A stretch of DNA of 64,000 nucleotides. It comes from Tubulanus polymorphus (lineage: Eukaryota > Animalia > Nemertea). Below the pieces are notes generated by a model. The model had not been told where the DNA came from and did no database searches. It saw only the letters and a program-made list of their open reading frames with translations. Of the stretch, positions 49,130 through 61,936 are shown piece by piece. The stretch is from NCBI RefSeq assembly GCF_964204645.1, contig NC_134025.1:4836001-4900000 (forward strand), in the 5' to 3' direction. Numbering within the stretch: position 1 is the first letter of the stretch; every line of letters begins with the position of its first letter. The position numbers and the translations under genes are program-made.

Positions 49130-50809
49130 GATCAGGGAAGAAAAAGGTCACCAAGCCACCGTGTCGAAATGTATACGGACTTCGGTTGTGATCTTGAATT
49201 CCGGCGTCAAAAGACATTTTTCTTCGGAGAAGTCAACCATCCACACGTCACGACTAGCCGAAACAATGACCACGTACCGGTTGTGGAGCTGCGACCATTT
49301 ACCAAGAAAGTCTGGCGGCGCGGTCGATCTGTACCAATAGAGCAACCGGGGTTCTTCAGTTCCGATATCGGAGGGCGGCGACCAGCCGCAGGAAACCGTA
49401 GGAAACATCTATACCGCGATATGTTAGTTATAATGTCCGAGTGGGAGACGAAAAAAGAAGCGATGATGCAACAAAGTTCACCAAACGACAGCCGGCCACA
49501 TACCAAGCGTAATCCGGTGCGACTTCCGCAAGTTAAATCATTCACTCAAAAACCACCTTCTGATGGCTTCGCTACGATTATCGACCGGGAAAAAAGCACC
49601 GCATCAGATTTAGTGTATACTTTTGGTAATGAGAAAGTATCAAGCCCGACTGGGGAAATGAACAAAGATACAAAAATGAATTTAGAAGGGAAGTGTATGC
49701 ATCCGATTGGTTCAATCCGCCCAATACCGAAGGATAGGTCACCGACTCGATCAAATACGTTTCCGTTTCACGAAGTAACGCATAGTTTATTTAAACTCGA
49801 GAGAGACACTCCCACGGGCCCGATGTCCAACTTTCTGACTATTGGTAGTGCTATATCTAATAAAAAAGAAGCTCCGCAAAATAGCGAACTGTTTTATAAC
49901 TATAAAACGTCAAACGTAATATCTGATAATAGTTTTCAGCGACCCGAGACTCTTGAAAAGACTCTTACGAAAATAACATTAGGTAAATGTAGTAGACTAC
50001 CCGATATACATGGTAACCTCTTAACCTCACAACGAAACATTATTATGAGGACCATGGGTCCTCCAACTCAGGGAGAACTATCATTACAACTCGGTATGTT
50101 CTCTAACATGGGAATCAGACCTTTACAACACCAGCAGAAATCTTCTACCGCGGCAAAATCGGATGGAACATGTCGGAATGATGATTTGGATGGGTTAATT
50201 ACTCACGTTGAAAACAAGCGTGCCGATAGTAATGTTATTAATGAAAAATCAAATGAGGATGAAATGGTGTTTGGAGATGAGACGTCACCCCCTCCACCGA
50301 CACCCGTCATAAAGAAGGAACCATTCACCAATACGTCGAATACTATTCACCTTGATTTAAGGCTCGATAACGCTGATATAGACGAAGAGTCCGCATGGGC
50401 TAATGATGAACACAGTGATATGATCGAACACGGTGGTAACTCCCCGAGAACCTCGCCAAATAGAAACGCCTGTAAGACATCGGACGTAGACGATTATTCA
50501 ACCGAAGAGACTCTTACGAAAACGAACGATATGCAGGTAGTGACACCACTTGACGAAAATATATATGCTGATAGTCCGACCGACCGGCAATCTGAATCAG
50601 AGATGATCGATGAAACTACGAGTCAAATTGTTACTCCGACAGAAGAATTCGTAGAATATGCCGATAGCTGTATAGATGAGATCGAAGATGAAAAATCTAG
50701 TGAAGTCGACAACAGTGACAATACTGTTGGCAATAGAACTTTCATTACGGCACAACAGGATAACAATGTTTTGGTCGATGAACTACTTACGATCGACGAA
50801 GAAGATTGA
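49130..50809 (+). CDS. Large terminal exon of an uncharacterised, mostly disordered protein with an acidic C-terminus
   Basis: 1.68-kb open frame starting at a tttcag|G acceptor; Pro-rich and D/E-rich tail; no domain recognised. Confidence 0.75.
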   Translation, partial: DQGRKRSPSHRVEMYTDFGCDLEFRRQKTFFFGEVNHPHVTTSRNNDHVPVVELRPFTKKVWRRGRSVPIEQPGFFSSDIGGRRPAAGNRRKHLYRDMLVIMSEWETKKEAMMQQSSPNDSRPHTKRNPVRLPQVKSFTQKPPSDGFATIIDREKSTASDLVYTFGNEKVSSPTGEMNKDTKMNLEGKCMHPIGSIRPIPKDRSPTRSNTFPFHEVTHSLFKLERDTPTGPMSNFLTIGSAISNKKEAPQNSELFYNYKTSNVISDNSFQRPETLEKTLTKITLGKCSRLPDIHGNLLTSQRNIIMRTMGPPTQGELSLQLGMFSNMGIRPLQHQQKSSTAAKSDGTCRNDDLDGLITHVENKRADSNVINEKSNEDEMVFGDETSPPPPTPVIKKEPFTNTSNTIHLDLRLDNADIDEESAWANDEHSDMIEHGGNSPRTSPNRNACKTSDVDDYSTEETLTKTNDMQVVTPLDENIYADSPTDRQSESEMIDETTSQIVTPTEEFVEYADSCIDEIEDEKSSEVDNSDNTVGNRTFITAQQDNNVLVDELLTIDEED

Positions 50810-52559
50810 AAATATAATGGATGACGGAAGAATACTCAACTGCTCAAAGCATAGATTAACAGAAAATATTTTCAATATATTGAAATATATTTGTATTCTA
50901 TTTTCTAAATAAATATATACGTATATATGAATTGCAAGTTAGCATTTTTTGAAAACGAATGTCAGACATTTTCTTGTGTTGAATTTCGATGTGTAAATGT
51001 TTTCATCATTAGCGGATCTTCCTTCCCATACGCGTGATGATAATAATGTGATACCCAAATTTGAATTACCAAAAAACTTACTTCCGTCGATTTCTAACTG
51101 GCTGCGGTGGGGGATGGGTGATTATAGGACGTGCAAAAATTAATTCTCAAGATTTATTTCTAAATCTTTAGATTATAAGATCTTTATGCAATTCAAACAT
51201 TGATTCGATTCCCTTCGGCGCTTATAATGGCTACAAGTGATTAGATATCCATTAATTCGGCTCGGTTATATTTAGTTTATGTTAGTATTTGCCTTATCCC
51301 TTGCTCGAGATAAAGAGCGATCGAAGCAATTTAGAAACGGACGTATGTAATGGACAAAAATGAGACATTGATGCATTCGTTGGATGGCATTTTGAGATCA
51401 TTAATGCTTTCGTTGTCTACGAATTGCCATGCATATCAAATTCGATTCAACATAAAAACAACGCGATAAAGGTTGCAATAGTAAATGGACCGAAGTTATT
51501 TTCTTATAATTTTTCAAGTGCATAAGGATATGAAATAGCATGCCAACGACTGTCGAAAAACAGCAAGGACACAACAAATCTCCAATACCAATACATCCAA
51601 TACGTATCTTTCTCTGTTCTGAATCCATCCATCTACGTCGCTGAAACGGTTTGCCAACTTAATGACCCAACCGTTTTCAAATTCTTATAAGTAACATGAA
51701 GTCATCTTTTCACCAATTCGGTAATACTCAAATAGATTTGAGTTAAATGTTTAGACTCGGGTCTAGTTGCTAGCTGTGCACTTACTACATTTGGATTGAG
51801 TCCTACAATCGTTGGGAGCATAAATCATTCTTTCGTTCGAATCGAACCTTTTTGTCATGGTGTTTTTTTCCAAAGGAATAAACGACATAACTGTCAACTT
51901 TGGCACAACAGGTTGGCTTAAGAAAAATTTCGTCACCGCATAGGGCTGTTTAGTAACTTCATTTTAAGAAAGATTCTTTGTTTGTTGCTGTAAGAATGCG
52001 TGTAATTTATGTATCGAGAAGGAATATTCCACCGAGAAGCTAATCTAACGTACGCCGTTTAAATAAAGCATATCAGAAATCGTACTGACATACATTTTTT
52101 GTCGCAGGAAAAACTACGCCGATCATTTGTTATTTGAATGGCAGACATAATGTAATATAATATAATTCGTTTTTTCGTCCATTATACCTAGATTGTATAG
52201 AACTCTTCTTTGGCAGCTCAATCAAACGTCAGCGTATTTTTCATATATTTAGAAACGCATTCACGTGAATAGCGGCACCTGTACTGATATGTTTTGTCTG
52301 GCTACTAAGTGTCGCTTGGTTAGTCGCGCTGTAATTAATAAATATGTTTCGGCCGACCTGCAAAGATTGTCATTCGGTTGTGTGATTTACCTAGTCGTAA
52401 TAAATGCCACGATTTATGAATGTTGAACCTGTGGGCAATTAATTTTTACTTTTAGTCTATTCGAAAGTAATATACTTCTAGTCGATGACAATATGCGAAA
52501 AGCCAGCAAAGCAAGTAGTTGAATTTGAAAATTGGAAATCTGGCTAAAACTGCGTTATT

Positions 52560-55500
52560 ATGAAAGGAATACGCGGACAAATGCAAAACAGTGAGCTACT
52601 CGAGGATATTATGAAGCAGGATGACTCCAAGGATGCATTCAATTCAGATTTGAAGAAGAAAGTTGGCGATTATGTCATTGGGAAAGTATTGGGTGAAGGG
52701 GCTTTTGCGAAGGTGAGACTTGGAATCCACCTTCCCACGAAAGAAAAGGTTTGTAATTTAAGAGAAATTTTGCATGAAATTTTGAGAATACTATCAGCGT
52801 TTTTTTTAAAGATTTACACTTCTACAAAAGGCAGTATAACTCCTATCTTCACACGATATCGTTGAATTTTCGTTGAAATACTTCCATCGACTTTTGTCGT
52901 ATACAAACCTCTTATTAATTAATAATTGATATATTCGGCTTTTAGCATGTTTTACGCACGGGTAATTTCATTACGGAAAGATAGTTAGTAAATACAATCA
53001 TTCCAAAGTAGGTGATTAGCGGATATTCAACAGTGAATGTCAATCTTCAAGTATACGTGGAGTGGTTTTGTACTTGTGTATTGAGGAACTAAGGGGATTT
53101 TGATATTGAATTACTGTGTCCGTGCCTAAGCTTCTCGACGGATCTGATATCGGTTAAGCAAACATCGCGAAACAATCAAATCGAAAACTGAGGCGAGATT
53201 TTTGTTAAGTATCGTCTAAGCTGAGGTACAAGTGTCAGATAGATTATCCTTTCTTCATCGATCTACATCACCAACAGCTGCCTAGTCGCGACACGTGCAA
53301 CATATCCCCTAGAAAATATCCCTTTTAATATAATATAAATCGAAAAGAGTCCTCTTGCAAAAGAGTCCGTAACTCTTGCAATTGGCATATAGTATCACTA
53401 ACCAGTTATTTGCAAATTGATTCAAAACTGGGCATGGTTAAACGTTTGCACATTCGTTGATGATTTGCAAAATTTTCACGTCCTTTGGATAAGCTCACGA
53501 ATGATGTCTTCACCCTTTGTTGAATTATGGTCGTAAAACTATTGGCGAAATCGTCTGCAGTGATTTAAAGCAATAATCCTCCACGCAGACGTGATGAAAG
53601 GTCAAGGACAAGGCATATTGCGCAGGCCCACGCAATGAGATGACGCTTACCGTAAGTCGGAAATGAGCGGCTCCGACGTCCCGATAAATTTTGAAGAACA
53701 ATAGCGCATTATGTAGAATTTGTCTTCATTAGATTCGCATTATCAAATTTTCTGAACGTCTACATATTCGATTTATCGCGCGGAGAGATATTCGATCGCT
53801 CGCAAAATCATTTTTTATTTAGACTTAATAGCATTCATAGCCTTATTGTTAAAGCCTTCTCACAGTCTTGTATAATGTCAAACAACCAATAGATATATGT
53901 CATATGATAGATTTTAAGGTCATTAATTTAAACAGAGTGCTCTAAGATATTCCGATAGAGCTAATATATAAACTGAAAATACATATAAAGCAATGATGCC
54001 GGAAAATTATTTTTCGATGTTTTCTTTTAAGGTCGCAGTAAAAATCGTGAACAAAGCTAACGTCAAACGACACCCGTATATGAAGAAGCATTTCAGACGA
54101 GAGGCGACGATTTTGCAAAAACTTGACCATCCTAATATCATACAGATTTACGACCTCATGGAAACAGAGAATTGTTTTTATTTGGTGACCGAATGGGCAG
54201 ATGGGGGTGACTTCGTTAAGTACCTCAATTTAAGGTACCGTATACGCATATCATTCTCTGCTATAGGCCTGTTGTATATACAGTCAAACCGGCTTAATCC
54301 GAATCGGCTTAATCCAGATTTTGGTTTAATCTAGGTATTATTTGCTGTTCATTTGTTCATTAACATACACGAAAACTACTTATAATGTGAATTATAATTA
54401 ATCCCAGATACCGGATGAATTCTTGTGGTCTCAAATGATCCAAATTAAGCCGGTTCTACTGTATACAACCAATGTTCAAGAACATAACCATAAATTAGAT
54501 GATTTGAGATGAAGAAGAAACTATGCTCGACAGAAAATGTATTTATAAATTCAGGCGAATATTGAACGAATTTGAAGCTCGTCGAATTATGCGCCAGTTA
54601 GTCTCAGCGGTCGATCATATGCACAAGACCCATGTAGTTCACAGGTATTGAAATATTAGATAATGAATTTTGAGTGCACATTTTCATCCACAATTCTGAA
54701 CTGCATTTATTTCCCTTTGTTAGAGATCTGAAACTGGAAAATGTGATGCTTGATAAAGATATAAATGTGAAGTTGATAGGTAAGTTCTGTTTTCAGTAAA
54801 GTTGGAAATGATAGATAAATGTAGGTGGAGTTTTGTATATATTAACACATTTTATTGCCATTGATAACACCGAACGGTCGTAATGTGAAAAGGTGAACTG
54901 TCAATATACGGTCAGCGGTTTTACCACTGAAGACAACTCCAATCAGTAGAGCTAATGACACTTTATTGTCGCAATAAATTGCATCATCGTAAGATCTTCC
55001 TGATTTGGTCTGTGTATGGTGCGTGTCAGTACAAATAACTACGAACGACACCAACGTCGCAGTGTCAGGTCATTTTGTCAGTAGTCACATTGTAATTAAT
55101 GGCCACGACCTCAAATTATTTCTTTTCGACGTGTTAGCAGGACAAATAGGTTACTGAAACGTACCCAACCCACAAAAAGTATTATTTTCTTCAAAAACAA
55201 CACAATATATAACAAACATTTGTGGTTAACTAACACAAAATCCCTAGCAATCATGTATATATATATATATATAGTTTTGGCTACTGATGAAGTATATGGT
55301 TGTATTATAGATTTCGGTCTTGGGAATGTCTTCAACGATTCGAAGATTTTACTCACAAACTGTGGTTCTCCAGGTTACACAGCACCGGAAGTGCTGACGA
55401 AGAAGCCACACGGACCAGCAGTCGACATATGGGCATTGTGAGTAAAGCAACCTATAGATAAGTAACTAAATACAAAAAGAATTTGACGACGTAAAAACCG

Positions 55501-58500
55501 TTACAATAATATTTATATACATTTCTTTTTACCTATTATGCATTAACTTAAGGGGTTTCGTGTGAGTAGATGAGCAATCATCAATATTGGCATTTCAAAA
55601 TAACAATAACAATTGTGAATTTTGGCGTTTATTTTGTGATTATATGTATTTCATAACTCTTTTGGATAAATTTTGATAATTATGTGAGAATGATAGAAAA
55701 ATGAGAGAATTTTATTAAGTCTATATCTAGTATATACGTTTCAAATATTCTTACCGCCCCCGGACAGAATTTAAAGTTTATGGACACGAAAAAACTGCTC
55801 CACATTACCCCGTTTTCATTGCACCATTCCAGGGGAATAAACCTGTTTGTGATGCTTACCGGAACCCTGCCATTTCTGGTTGACAGTCCGACCAATTATA
55901 CTAAATTACACGCCACCATGCTTAAAGGACCGAATATTCCCAGCCATCTCTCAGACGGTAAGTCAATAAGATTCGTGGAAACCGAGACACAATTAAGCGG
56001 ATCTGCAACGCACGCTTATTTAAGCCGGTAATTCGTTTCATTTCGCGTCTTATTTGCCTTTCAATGATGTCCGCTAAGGGTTCATTGGTGCGGTCATACC
56101 GATTGAAATCGCACCAAATCACGTCGACAGATCGGTTCTCATCAGTAATCAATGTTATAACGATGCCGCCGCCAGAGATCGCAATTCCAAATCATATAAC
56201 ACAAACTGATTAAAAGTGTCGAATCTCAACGGACCAGGAGTCGATATTATGAATGGAAAGCAAAACCAAATTCACAGGAGTCTCTATTTGATTAAACTCG
56301 TGCTGGGTATTCTGATCGCTTTTATCGCACTGACTGGAATCAGTCCGAAACTGACAGCACGAAATTCCAAACTACCATCACAAAACATGTCGAGATATGT
56401 TGTAAAAGAAAATCTTTTCAGCTTCGTCAAAAGCGATATCGAAACTCGGTCAAGGTTGCATTTACTCTCGACTCCTGAGAGCACGTGCATACTGTTAAAT
56501 GTAGTCGGGCCATGATAGTCGGTCCATTTGCAATTAGCCTGAGCTTTGCCTTCTCTTTCTCGTATTCGTCTAATAGCCACCAAGGCTTTAGACCTAATGT
56601 CTTAGATTCCTATAATGACACCTTATTGCTATCATTATACTAATTCACTGTTTCAGAATGTCAAGATTTACTCAACTGTCTTTTGGACCCGGATCCTTCG
56701 CGTCGTATTAAGATGGCGGTACTCCGAGTTCACCCGTGGTTGAACGACGGTTTTAAAACGTTTCCCCAAACTGTTCCACTGAAAAGATGGCCGCCAACTC
56801 TGGACCAAGACATTACCGATTTCATGATGGATGAACTGGATATAGATAGCGAGGATATCCGAATTTCTTTCGCTAATGCTAAGATCAATTGCATTATGGC
56901 AACGTACAGCTTGCTTAAGCGCCGTAAATTAATGAGTTTACCTTTTCCCAAAGGAGAACCGCTAAGTAAAGACGACATAGTAGACGATATCCCACAATTA
57001 GACCGTAGTCCCGGGGTTCGTTTTTACAACATAGATATTTCCGGAGATATTGACTATAAACTCGTGGCTGCAGGTGAACAGACAGGAGAGGGAAGCGAGA
57101 GAATTTTCGATACGGGGAATTCAAAGAAGCCAATATATCCTACGACACTTTATGAGGCCGCTGGCGCAAGGTACGGCGGAGAGAGGCTAGCGCAAAGAGA
57201 CGCGGCCATGTCCGCCTCTTCTCGCTCGAGTTTGCAAACTAAAGATTCAAACAGCGTTGTAGATTATAGGGATTGCCTGAGGAAACTGTACGTTAAAAGT
57301 CGAGAAGGAGCGCATAGTGTTTCCGAGGGCGTGCTGCAATTGGCAACGAAGAGAACACCTTCGCGTGGGTCGGGAACAGCGACCAGCTTGTCAATGTCAT
57401 CTTCTTCCCCAAAACAAAACAAACAGTACGTACGACAAGCACTGCGAAACCAATTCAATGCTTCCAACTCAAAAATCCGGAGCAAAATTGGTGACATCGA
57501 CGCTATGAAAGGTGCGATTACTTATAGAAAATTGAAACCTGGTTACTCTGGTGAATACGATGGGTTTATGAGACGGTCTGGAAACAGCACATCACGATTA
57601 CGCGTCCTCAAAACCCTGTCCTCGAGTAAACGAAGACTACCAGTACCCCCACCTAATTCTGCAGCTCACCGTCAGTTTGATTTGGACAGCGGAACTAATA
57701 ATGGCCGCAGCGAATCGACTGCTGATGAGACATCTAGATGTAACATGTGTGAAAACCTCGCCGAACTGGAGAGAGAATTCTATTGTCGATTCCGAGTACA
57801 GAACGTAGAAGCGGAAAATAATTACAATAGCACTACACCAAGAAAACCAGTTCCCTTGAGACATTCGACTCGCGAGATGCCGAAACAATCGGTACTGACA
57901 GCACGGGAACTCCTTGACCACCAGGGTATCCGAGGTTTGCCCTTCACGAAATACGGAAGGCAGAAAGTTCAAGGTAATTTACGTTTAAGGGATGGTAACC
58001 TTAAAATGCGTTTGGAAACATTTCCGGTATTGATAAGCCTTTAGAAGAATCGATCAGACCGACCGTACCCACACTTTTTCGAGATATCATCGGTGAATGA
58101 TCATAAAATGTGTTTGGACCATCATTCAAAACGCGTTTTCTATACGTTTATTACATACATATCTTCGACCAACATAGTTTATGTCTGTTTTTTGATTGCC
58201 AATTTCTAACGGATACATCTAAATGGATGCATCTTGTGACATGTTTACATGCGTTTTATCGAACTAATTCAACGATCATCCATTTCCCCACACATACACA
58301 CACATTCGCACTATTACACAATATCCAACACCCGGTGTGAATTTACATAAGCCGATTAGTCGGAGGCTTCTAAAGACTAGGAAAACATATTTCTGGTATT
58401 TAAGTCAACTACACCGTTAGCAGCATACCAATATCTATTATCATGAATTCTAATGCCAAAGAATTACATACCAAACTCTAGTGCCACAACGTATTTATCA

Positions 58501-58890
58501 TTAAGACATATATACACATCATTTATCCTTATTCTATGGTTTAATAGACATTTACATCCCGGAGTTGCCAGTTCCTCACAGAAACCAAAAGCTTAAATAT
58601 TGAGAAATTAACAATTTAAATGACTGAAAAAACCTTAATTATCCTAAAGGCTAAAATGCTTTAATTGTCGAAACATTTTCCCTGGGAGGCCATTGCATCG
58701 TGGAAAAGAATGAAATAACTTTCATTTCATAACCGTTTTGTTTATCGTTGAATGCATTGTGTTTTCAGGGTTCATGTTCCAAGGAGAAAACGAGGATGAA
58801 GCGCCGGTTATGCAGCCTATGCCAAAGCGAGTCGTGATTCACATTCCTCAAGTTCCGAATGAAAACATGACCGTCGTCACGTTGCGATGA
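52560..58890 (+). CDS. CAMK/AMPK-related Ser/Thr kinase, HUNK-like; exons 52560-52748, 54032-54234, 54555-54644, 54724-54779, 55311-55437, 55833-55957, 56657-57973 (or read-through to stop 58044), 58769-58890
   Basis: KKVGDYVIGKVLGEGAFAKVRLG, VAVK, HPYMKKHFRREA, HRDLKLEN, DFG, TNCGSPGYTAPE, DIWALG, UBA-like ATYSLL; all junctions in frame. Confidence 0.9.
54281..54461. mobile_element. Tc1/mariner-pogo-type MITE with TA target-site duplication in a kinase intron
   Basis: TA-cagtcaaaccggcttaat ... attaagccggttctactg-TA. Confidence 0.85.
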
Positions 58891-61800
58891 TACACGGTGA
58901 AACAGATCATAGGTTAATCGTGTGGCCCTGAGGATTGTTAGTGATTACGTGTGAATATTCTATATTTTAATGTTCCACGGGGATTTAATGAATAGATCTT
59001 AAAGAATACATTCGGATTTTTTACGACTGTTGCCGAAGACGATACACGAACACTCGCCATAATTTGTTTTCTTCTGAGCTTATTAGTTCCATAGCACTTC
59101 TGGTTACAGTCTCTTCCGTGAATAAATAATATCTCTATTATATATTCAGTGTTTATTTCTGACATTCTTGAGATTTTGGATATTTTTGCGATTCCCAAAA
59201 GAACATTACAAATCCATCACCAAGCTTCCTTTTTACCGAGGCTCCATTTAGATCCACGTCACGCACGGCTTAGTAGTTTTATGAAAGGTTTTCTGACTGC
59301 TATTTTCGGTGATCGGCAAATGTTGAATGCGCCCAAGCATGCTTAATCTACTTTGAAGGCCACACTCAGCAAACAATTAGCGCATAAGAGATGCCCAGCT
59401 CTGTTAAAGGACTCCTTGATATGTATCATACGAGATATATTTACCCCAATATTTGATATAAAACATAACCGCCCTGATCATCTCTGAAACATAAAACATT
59501 CATAAAACGGCAATTGTATCGATAAATTTACCACAAAATTAAGCGTTGAATCGAAAGTATTTTCAAAATCATCGTATTAAAAATACAGGTTGAATACTTG
59601 ATACATATATATATATATCGATCGATATTTTATAAGTTTTCCATTATTCAGGTAATGACGTACTCGAGTTACTGAAAAATACGCTTGACTCAATTTTTTT
59701 TCTTAGTTACTTTTAATTTCGGAAAAGTCTTCAATTGTCACTTTTGGGAAATGAAATCCGCCCAAAGCCGACGGGGAGGATGTTGAAACATATAATGTAG
59801 CATCGAACTTGTCAACTGCACACTTCATTGAGAACATGAAGAGACGTGTATAATGTTCGTGATACTAATTGCTTTACGTATCGCGAACGTCGTTGAGAAC
59901 AACCAATAACTGATGGAACCCCCTCCCTCCACATTGAAAACCCTGCGGAATATATTTGTATTATAACTATTATTTTTCTTTTTTATGTTTGGAATATCCT
60001 AACATTTTTCTAAACATTTTGTTCACTCTCCGAGTACCAAAACAAATGAATGGAATGATGAATAGATCCCTTTGGAACGAAGTATTTCATTTTCCATTTC
60101 TATTTTTTGTCTCGAAAAATATCGATAGAAATTCCCGGGGAGGGAAAATCACAACATGTTGTATAAACTCGTTATGTCTGTTCTGTGCTGAAGAAATGCA
60201 AATGTAACCGAGTTAGATTATTACGATAACAAACGTAATTCTACCGAGAAATGACGACGGGAACGGAAACTCGTCACTGGGACCGATGAAGATTAATCAC
60301 TTTGGACATGTACGGATTCCCTATTCTTAAGATCCAGAAACCAATATCCATACTATGAATACTAGATGCAGCCATATTTGGGACGGACTTTGGCGTCGTT
60401 GTCTTCAAAACCAATTGGCGTCACACGGAAGCGAATACGTCGATAATGATTTCGGAGGAAAACTTCGCTCACTTTTGTTCCTCGCTGACACCAAAACTCG
60501 TGTCGATATCAAGCGAGTCGGGGCCATAAAGTAATGGAAAACTATCGGTAAAATGTCACCTTCTCAAAACAATCGTGATAATGCACAACATTGATCACAC
60601 AATAACCTCCATTTCCATCTCACCATCGAGAAACACTAGAGAAACATTAGCGGAAAGCGTTTTTGGAGGCACGTTCTTATATTCGATCTCGAATTGTATT
60701 TTGCAACCGACGAATTTTCATGTTGAATAAAAAAGATTCGTTGGTACGTGTCTGATAGAATGGAACAGAATAACCGTTATAGTGAAAAATTAAAGAAGTC
60801 TCGTTATAGGAGTCAGATCTAAAAAGTCTCCCATTATGAAGAAACACGAAACGATGACTCATTTTCAAAAGTATTCCCTGGCAAAAGAGGAGAACGTGAT
60901 TAGAATGTATTTTTTTTCAACAGGCGTCTTCAATTTTTATGAATTTGTCTACTTTCATTCACGACTATGTTACACGCTTATTATGGAAAATTGAATTTAT
61001 TTTCACCAAAAACAACGGTAGAATATACAAATGTATTATCAAGACTATGAAATGAACCAGATATTCCGATATATGCGATGTTTTATCGGCGTTGCTTCGG
61101 TATAATTAATTGAAATAATAATGATGATAATTGTAATTGCGATCGTATTTGAGATTATTTTACAGAATATACCAGCCAGTAATGCATTCAGATAAGGGAT
61201 GAATGTACCAATTCGGAACATACATAAACCCAACTACCCAATAAAACGATGTATGTCCACGCGTTTAATGATGATAACGGTAAAGTTAGAACTATAAATA
61301 AGTCGGAGACTAGACAGAGTTACACGTAACTGACATTAATTTATCATGGGCAGTAATATCGTTGTGTCGCGCTTGATTGGATCAATCAAGTTGCCTTGCT
61401 AAATCTGATCACACGGTCCAATTAGCTACCTCCAGTCCATATTACTGATTAGTTGACCTTCTGACAGATTATCGAGGTCTATTCGAGCACGAATCGGAAA
61501 AAATGCTCTCGCATTGACGAAGTTTATACAGTGGGATGGATCAAACGAAATTGGGATACGTCGGCTGCTAAGAAATCAGTACGATAGAGAGAAATAGAGA
61601 TAGATAGAAACAATATATCATCATCCTGGACGATATTAATGTTTGCCATTAAGCAAGCGGACGTCCGTCTTAACAAGCCGCACGGTACACAGCTCACGCA
61701 GTCGAATATTACAATATTATGCTGAATGTCGAAATCGCCGTCTATATTTCACATGATATGCACTATTAATGTTGGACAGACGGACGTGAAGATGTGTCCA

Positions 61801-61936
61801 GTATCGAAACCGTTCCTGTAATAAGTTTCACCACGTTTAGCTCAACTTGTTTAATGGCAATCAATCCGTTTCTTGCGTATACCCGGAAAGAGACAGGCCC
61901 TACGTATAAACGCGTTTATTTTATATACAGCGGAAC

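Noticed and set aside
56216-56583. 99-aa ORFs on both strands in a kinase intron
   Set aside because: No recognisable domain; kinase exons join in frame without them.
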